From the NCBI GenBank assembly GCA_951406725.2, contig OX597826.1, positions 26,908,001-26,972,000 of the forward strand: a DNA stretch of 64,000 bases, read 5' to 3'. The position numbers and the translations under genes were made by a program. Positions 55,488 through 64,000 of this stretch are shown piece by piece; within the stretch, counting starts at the first letter, position 1; the number at the start of each line of letters is the position of its first letter. The notes beneath the pieces were generated by a model. That model had not been told where the DNA came from. It ran no database searches and saw only the letters and a list, made by a program, of their open reading frames with translations. The DNA is from Octopus vulgaris (taxonomy: Eukaryota).

Positions 55488-56429
55488 TATCATATAGATG
55501 TAATTTTTGACGCTGAATCCGAATTCATTATTCATTTATTATAGAAAAATTTTTGCAAAAATGTCACAGGTGTTCAAATTTTGATAATTTTCGGAATTTT
55601 CAGCCAATCAGAAAACATCGCATTCGCTGCCTCTTCCATCATCAGGGTGTGTTGGGGACATCGGCATTGCTAGAAAATCTAGAAAGAACAGTCAAAACAT
55701 TAAAATATACACGAATTAACATTAAATATTTAAAAGCTACGAACAAACAAACCAACAGGAATTGCTAGAAACAACAGTCAAAACATTTTTGAGAACAAAC
55801 ATTTATTGGTTTAAAAAATTCAAGAGCGAAAGTTTGCAATACACTCTAGGATTTTAGAAAATAAACTAACCGGCCCCGTGCCATAAAAAATGACGGCTAA
55901 TTGTAGTATTTTACACATAAGTATGAATGGTAAATCAAATTAATACACTTGTCAATGTTGTTTAGTGGTTTCTTTACACACACACACACATGCACACCCT
56001 CACATACACATATGCACACACACACCATCATACACATTCAAGCAATCACATAGCTCCCTTTTACACACACACCATCATACACATTCAAACAATCACATAG
56101 CTCCCTTTTACACACACATATAGTCACACAGATTTGAAACGCTCCCACAGCCAGTCTGCTATTACCCCTTCCCTCCCTCCTTATTCATCTATCACCCCTT
56201 CCTTTCTCATTTATATGTTGTGATATAGAAAATCACAAGAGTATTATTATAGTAGAAGATTATCTTCCTCGTATCCCCTTCTCTTCCTTGTGCGCATGCA
56301 CAGCATCTTTGGTTACTATGGGAAAAGAGACCTTCGCCACGGTGATTTGTAAAATACTCGCTTCTCATTGGCTAAAATACCCAAAATTTGCAAACTGTTT
56401 AGGGTAATAACTTTTTAATAATGTATTCA

Positions 56430-56809
56430 TTTTTATTCTTTTATCTTATTTGTTTCAGTCATTTGACTGCGGCCATACTGGAGCACCACATTTTGGTCGA
56501 GTAAATCGACCCCAGAACTTATTATTTGTAAGTCTAGTACTTATTCTATCGGTTTCTGTTGCCGAACTACTAAGTGACAGCATCGGTTGTCAAGCGATGT
56601 TGGGGGAACAAACACAAACACACAAACACACACACACACGCGCGCGCATATATATATATATACGACGGGCTTCTTTCAGTTTCCGTCTACCAAATCCACA
56701 CTCACAAAGCTTTGGTCAACCAGAAGCTATACTAGAAGACACTTGCCTGAACCCGAAACCATGTGGTTGGTAAGCAAGCTACTTACCACACAGCCACTCC
56801 TGCGCCTAT
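56430..56809 (-). mobile_element. SINE family 1 with internal deletions
   Basis: tgtttcagtcatttgactgcggcc...accacacagccactcctgcgccta. Confidence 0.8.
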
Positions 56810-57059
56810 AGGGAAAATGAATTTCATTTTCATAATTAATATACAAAACTTAATCTATCAAATTTGAAAGCAATTGGAATAAAATTGGAAACAGTGAAGA
56901 AAATCCAGAAAGATCCTGCAATACCTTTTGACATATTTGTGCCACCGTCATCGATGTTACCTTGAGTTAGCATGATCAGCATCGGAGATCCGTCTTTCGC
57001 GTAGTTCCATGCACACAGCGCTTCTCCTTTCCGTTGTGTCACTGTCAACAACAGCATGA

Positions 57060-57259
57060 ACAATACTACCTTACACCATTACCACCACCACCACCACCAC
57101 CACCGCAACCATCAGAACTTCTGACAACAGCAAAACAACAACAGCAACAACAACAACAACAACAATTACGGCAACATTTTCTGCAAATTTAATGCAAGTG
57201 AAAACAACAAAAGTATCTCCCAGGTCACAACGAACGAAAATGTCCAACGCTACCACCAT

Positions 57260-57292
<33 letters not shown>

Positions 57293-57426
57293 AATTACTA
57301 CTGCTGCTGCTGCTATTACTACCACCACCACCACCACCACCACCACCACCACTACTACTACTATCACTATTATTCTATCACCACCACGCCATCATCAGCA
57401 CCCCACCACCACCACCATCACCACTA

Positions 57427-57478
<52 letters not shown>

Positions 57479-59530
57479 ATGTAACACGATGAATAAATAT
57501 AATACTACCGCACACACATGCACAGACAGCGTCATCGGCGCAAGCACTACCACTACCTCCACCACCAGCGCCATCTCACCGACCACCATTAACAGCATCA
57601 ACATCGTCATTATTTAATGTAGCACTGCCATCACACCCACAATTAGCTCACCACCACAACCACCACAACCATCACCACCATCCGCACCACAACAACCACA
57701 ACCACCATCCCCACGATCACCATCACAAACCACTAGTACCAGCAGCACCACCACCACCATCAGCGTCACCTTAACAATTATCCAATCACCATCATCACCA
57801 TCAGCGATTGAATTAACACTTCTTCCATCAAGAACAATAATCATATGACCACCACTTCTGCCACCACCACCACTACAACAACCGCCACTACAAACGTCAC
57901 CAACACCACCACCCGTAACAAAACTGCGGAAAACAAAAGGCGATCACATCCCATAGCACACCGACCGCTATCACTACACGCATTATCAATATCTACGCGC
58001 CCAACCACCAACGCCATCGCCACTCCGCTGATGACCATCACCGTCGTTACCACCATCTCGGGGATAACGCTACTTCACTATCAACAATATCGCTAACTAT
58101 ACCATTCACTTCCTTTTCATTAAATACCACTACAACCACCACCACCGCCGCCAACACCACTACCACCACCAACACCGCCACCACCACCAGAACCAACACC
58201 ACCACTACCAACACCATCACCACTACCATCACCACCACCACCAGTACCATCATCACCACCAGTACCACCACCACCACCACCAGAACCCCGACCATCAGAA
58301 CCACGACCACCACGACAACGACGACGTCGACCACCACCAGAACCACAACTACCAATGCCATCGTGACAAACACTGCCAACAGCATATCCACCATAAGCAC
58401 TGCAACCACCACCACAACCATCGCCACTAGCACTGCAATAACCACCAACATCACCATCACCACTACTACCACCATCAGCCGCACCACCACCACCACCTCC
58501 AACATCAACACAATCGTGACAACATCCACTACCATCACCACCGCCAACAATATCGTGACCACATCCACCATCGTCATCATTATCACCATCATCAACGTCA
58601 TCTCTGATACTAGCACCAAATCTTGATCACTGCAAATAACGGCATCAATGGCGTCATCAACGCCACTACTACAACCCCCATAACCACCACCACCACCACC
58701 ACCACCACTAATACTACGACTAGCTACCGACCGCCAACAATGCTACCACCGGTGGTGCCAGGCTATCTTCAGCAATACCAACACCTACGCCAACACCACT
58801 AATACAACCATCGCCACCACTAGGAACACCAACGCCATCACATTACGACCAATATTCACCATACTGACATAACCACAAATCCACGGCCAAGCCCCAGCAC
58901 CGCCTCCACCTCCACCATGTCCCCACCGCTACGCCCCTCCACCACCTCCAACACCACCACCACCACCAACAACAACATAAGCTCCACCACCATCATTATC
59001 ACCATCACCACCACTACTACCATCAACACCACCACCACCATCTCCACAAGCACCACCACAACCACCATCACTGCCACTACTACCACCACCACAACCACCA
59101 CGATCACCATCACTACCACAACCACGACCACCACTATCACCACCGTCACCACCATCACCACAACCATCACGACAAGCATCACCACCACCACCACCACCAC
59201 AACCACCACCACCATCATCACCACCACTACCACTATCACCACAACCATCCCAACCACCATCACCACATTTAGTGCCACCACTACCTCCACCACAAGCTTC
59301 ACCGTCACCGCCAATACCCTAGACCAAAATCACATCACCATACCAATTCATGAGTTGGCTAGCATCAGCTCTCTTTTTCGCTACACTATGTAAATGTGTC
59401 AGCTGTCTAAAATGAGATTCGTATAAACCTATTCTTCCCTTTATTTCACCCACCACCACCAACAGCAACAACAACACTAGCACCATCACCACGACCACCA
59501 CGACCACCACCACCACCACCACCACCTACT
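57060..59530. repeat. Degenerate (ACC/ACT/ATC)n low-complexity region
   Basis: 2.5 kb of CAC-type trinucleotide mosaic with frame changes and stops. Confidence 0.85.
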
Positions 59531-59734
59531 CAATTTATTTATTTACTCATTTATTTATTTATTTATGTGGCTTGCGTAGGGGAAAGAAATCGCCACAGCG
59601 GATGGTCAGCCATTTTAGTAGCAGCTAATTACTTCCAGAGAACTCTTATAGAACAACAGCCGTCCATTGGCAACATGGCGGCAGTGAAAGGCGAAATAGA
59701 AAAGAGAAAGGAGAAAATATCATCATCATCATCA

Positions 59735-59805
<71 letters not shown>

Positions 59806-60514
59806 GAGATCATCACCATTATTATGATGACTACTAATATCGAAAATAATAACCATGATAATAATAAGAACAAAACCTACGACAGTGACAACAATAACAA
59901 TGATAACGACAATACAATGAACTGAAAGGCGCGAAAAAGATTGGAAAGAGAATAGAAGAAAACGCGAAATAAAGTGTATTGAAGGGAATATATAAATGTA
60001 TGAAAGAAGTAAAGGAAAATAGAGAAAAACACAGTGAGGAAGAATAAAGAAAGAAATATAAAAACAAACAATCCAAAGCAAAGAAATGTAAGAAGCGAAT
60101 AGGAAAAAGAAAGAAAAATATTAACAAAGAGAGAAAGAAAGGAAAATGAGAGTGAATGAAGAAAGATAAAATAGAGTAAGAAATAATGAATATAGATAGA
60201 AAGAAAGAAATCTAGAATCAGGTGGGTGGATAAAGAAAAGATTGAAGGAAAAATAATGGAGGCAAGAATGAAAATAGGAATTAAAACAAGGGAATAAGTA
60301 AGGAATGAATTACTGAAGGAGTAAGAATAATTACGAAAGAACGAACGAAAAGAAATGATAAAAAATGAATTGGAGAAGTATTATGAAAGAACGGAATAAT
60401 GAAAATAGAATAGGAATGAGAGCGAAAGAATAATACGAAAATAATGTCAACGAAATGAATGACAGGAACTGGGTGCAAAGACGAAGAAATTGAATAGAAG
60501 ATAGAATAGGGACA

Positions 60515-61088
60515 AAAGAAGAAGAAGAAGAAGAAGAAGAAGAAAAGAAAAAGAAGAAGAAGAAGAAAAGAAGAAGAAGAAGAAGAAGAAGACGGGGAGG
60601 AGGAGGAAGAGAATAATAATAATAATAATAATGATAAGGAGGAGGAGAAGAAGAATAGGAAGACGAAGAAGACGGGAAGGGGAGGAAGAGAATAATGATA
60701 ATAATAATGATAAGGAGGAGGAGGAGGAGAAGAAGAAGAAGAAGAAGAAGAAGAAGAAGAAGAAAAAGGAGGAGGAGGAGGAGGAAGAAGAGAAAAAGGA
60801 GGAGAAGAAAAAGAAAAAGGAAGAGGAGGAGTAGAAGTGGAAGAAGGATAGTGGAAGAAGAAGCAGAACATGATGATGATGACGGAGATGAAAATAACAA
60901 AGAATTAAGATAAAGGAAGAGGAGGAAAGAAGAGGAATGACGACGATAATGACGATGTCGATGACCATGATCATGATGATGATCATGATGAATAATATGA
61001 TAAAGAAGGAGAGAAAAGTAGTTTAATAATGATAATAATGACGATGACAACGAGATGATGATGAAGATGGTGATGATAATGGTGGTGG

Positions 61089-61156
<68 letters not shown>
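60515..61156. repeat. (GAA/GGA/GAT)n purine-rich low-complexity region
   Basis: Trinucleotide mosaics with a short internal duplication (gaagacgg..gaggaagagaataat). Confidence 0.85.
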
Positions 61157-62357
61157 ATGCTGAGCAAAATTAATAAAATGTTTCAATATATGGTGGTAAG
61201 AAGCAGAAGAAAGAAACGAAAAAGAGCGTCATAAGAATGGAATTGCTGTAGAGAAGAAAAGGGAAAATAATAATAAATGACATTGCAAACGAAAAAAAAA
61301 GACGCAGTCCATGCCTACAAGACACGAGATCAAATCAAAGTCGGGTTAGCATTGCATAACAAATCTATGCTGTTTCTGCAAGAAATTTGATCGAGCGAAA
61401 GAGTAGATTTGTGCAAGTATGATGATGATGATGATGATGTTGAAGATTGGGATTACCATAATGATGATGGCAATAATGATTAAACAGAAGAGGAGGGATT
61501 ATGGTTTTTGCTAAGAGGTTTTAGGATTAACTTCTGTGTTAGACTATTTTTTCTTTTCCAATTTCGTGTTTGCTACACATAAGAGGAACCAAATTTTAGA
61601 TGCTGAAGAAAAGGCAAAAATAAATTAAAATTACATTATACTGCTCTGTATGTACTGAGAAAGAGAGAGAGAGAGAGAGAGAGGGGGGAGAAAGAGAGAG
61701 AGAATCTTCCATCATAATTTGTTGACAGGTTTCGATTTTAAACAACCTCATCAGTATAGGGTGTCAGAAATTATCCTTATAAAACAATATTTTCCTTGCA
61801 AATAGTGGATTCCTTTGTAACTTATGATACTTGTTCAATGTCGTGCACATATACAGCAGTCTAAAATAAAGAAGCACGGCGAACCATTAAAATTATAATT
61901 CGAAAATGTTGTGAGAAACAGTTAATTACCTCGGATCATATGTCCAAGATATTAATCAGAAATTCAAATTCACGTGATAGACTTTCGTTAATTATTTTCT
62001 TTGTTGTGCTAATACTGCGCAGAAGAAAGACCATTCTAATGCAGCTTATAGTTCGAATTCCAAATATATTTTTGTATTTATTTTATCTAGAAAAATGTTA
62101 TAAAGCCAAATATTCAAAACAAATTCAATGACTGCGAGATCTATGTCGTTCACGTTTCTGTGTTGAGCAATTGTAAAAAATTGACGACAGCCGGGAAACT
62201 GTATGCAGTGAGAGAATTCCGGATAACATACCTTGGAAGTTTTTTGTCAACTAAAAAAAGAGAAAAAACCAGTGAGGGTAAAACTTAGTATTTGAAGCCA
62301 CTGTGAGATTTCTAGTTGCGTCCTATTATAGACTGGGGAGGTGTGAAAATCTATCTG

Positions 62358-62429
<72 letters not shown>

Positions 62430-62501
62430 CACAATTATTCATCGCTATTGGTCTATTTATTCACATACTTATATATGACACACAGACGCACACTGATGTA
62501 T

Positions 62502-62585
<84 letters not shown>

Positions 62586-62742
62586 AGAGTAAGAGAGAGG
62601 GGTATAGGTAGATGGATAAGTAGGCAGATAGATAGATAGACAGACAGACATGTAGTCAGGCATATACATAGATAGATAGATATATGTACGTACCGATATA
62701 TGTGTGTGTGTGTGCTTGCCTGCCTGCGTGTGTATCCGTATG

Positions 62743-62821
<79 letters not shown>

Positions 62822-63514
62822 GTTTGCATAATGTGAAGTCCCAGTGAATATGAACTTAATAGTAATTTTGACTTTATAAACAGTATTGAGTGCGCCATTA
62901 GCCGATGTTCCATTTCTGTTTTTGACTTTGCTTCAAAATAATCCAGGATTCTGAACGCATATTCCCATGTGACGAAACGCAACAACAGTCAGAGAGTAAC
63001 TTTCACATGCGCGGTTATGCTTTAAGAATAATTATGCTAGGCAACTTTTCAAATCTCGCAGTTTCCCGAGCAGATATCGATTTATTAATAACCTTCGATT
63101 TCCCGCGAACATATAACATACACGCATATACATATAAGGAGAGAGAATAAGACAGTGAGAGAGAGAGAGAGAGAAAATGAGTGAGATATATAAATATAAA
63201 TCATAAATCTAAAACTTCTAGGTCCCTCTTCGTATGGAACAAGCTGTGCTCTGCCTAAAAAGGGAGGCTTAGTCGCGGAACACTCTGCTCACTGATGTTG
63301 TCATCTTCAGATCAACATCAGACAAGCAAATTCTCTCTCTCTCTCTCTCTTACATATATATATATATATAATTTGGTTTTTGCTGAATTGTTTTTGAGAA
63401 GACATTCTTCGTGGTAAATGACGAGTTTGACGTCTATATCTAGCATACAGGCATAGTGGTCATTCCTCTAAATTTTGTATATATATATATATATGGCTGT
63501 CTCTCGCACTCTTT

Positions 63515-63631
<117 letters not shown>

Positions 63632-63643
63632 TGTATACACATA

Positions 63644-63995
63644 TGCAGGGTTGTGTTAAGAAGCTTGTATAGTCCCAGTGTGTGGCACCTTGAGCAGGTG
63701 TCTTCTACTATATCCTGGGGCTGACCAAAGCCTTGTGAGTGGATTTGGTAAACGGAAGCTGAAAGAAGCTCGTCGTATATATTTTTGTGTGTATTTGTGT
63801 TTCTCCTACGCCATCGCTTGGCAGTTGTTGTTGGTGTGCTTTACGTCCCCGTAACTTGTCTGTTCGGCAAAAGATATCGATAGAATAAGTGCTAGGCTTA
63901 CAAAGAATAAGTTTTGGGGTCGATTTGTTCGACTAACGGTTGTGCTCCAGCATGGCTGCAGTCAAATAACTGATACAAGTAAAAGAACAAAAGAA
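63644..63995 (+). mobile_element. SINE family 1, near full length
   Basis: gtcccagtgtgtggcaccttgagcaggtgtcttctactata...ctccagcatggctgcagtcaaataactgatacaagtaaaaga. Confidence 0.8.
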
Positions 63996-64000
63996 TATGT

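Noticed and set aside
55490-56430. Loose inverted similarity (ttcagccaatcagaa / ttctcattggctaaaa) and short internal duplications
   Set aside because: Ends and TSD could not be defined; element class unsupported.
57060-59530. Thr-rich mucin-like ORFs
   Set aside because: Degenerate ACC repeats open in several frames and on both strands, interrupted by stops; similar tracts occur at 27-28.5 kb and 29.8-30 kb; no splice or domain evidence.
61724-61754. Minus-strand CUGAUGA-GGUU..AAUC-GAAACCUGUC hammerhead-like core
   Set aside because: No helix I pairing between the flanks; could be a fossil but is not supportable.

Overview
AT-rich, microsatellite-saturated animal DNA. The SINE families point to a coleoid cephalopod, most likely Octopus (inference). 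I could not support any intact host gene, and almost all ORFs in the track are translations of simple repeats. Recognisable coding sequence is limited to decayed transposons: an L1/Tx1-clade LINE ORF2 (1-2.3 kb), a HERO-like RLE retrotransposon C-terminus (42.9-43.5 kb), an IR/DR-type Tc1 DD34E element with two nested SINEs (44.3-46.6 kb) and a fold-back mariner derivative (46.6-47.2 kb). There are dozens of tRNA-derived SINEs, several MITEs, a probable non-autonomous Helitron and long hairpins. The main hidden signal is RNA structure. A 480-bp non-coding repeat (33.3-34.7 kb, tandem plus inverted, diverged copy at 6.0-6.3 kb) carries a type I hammerhead ribozyme whose helices covary between copies, consistent with a retrozyme or Penelope-dependent circular-RNA element. 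Further hammerheads of unrelated repeat families lie at 19.8 and 30.9 kb, with decayed ones at 37.1 and 47.6 kb. All alignments and folds were done by eye.
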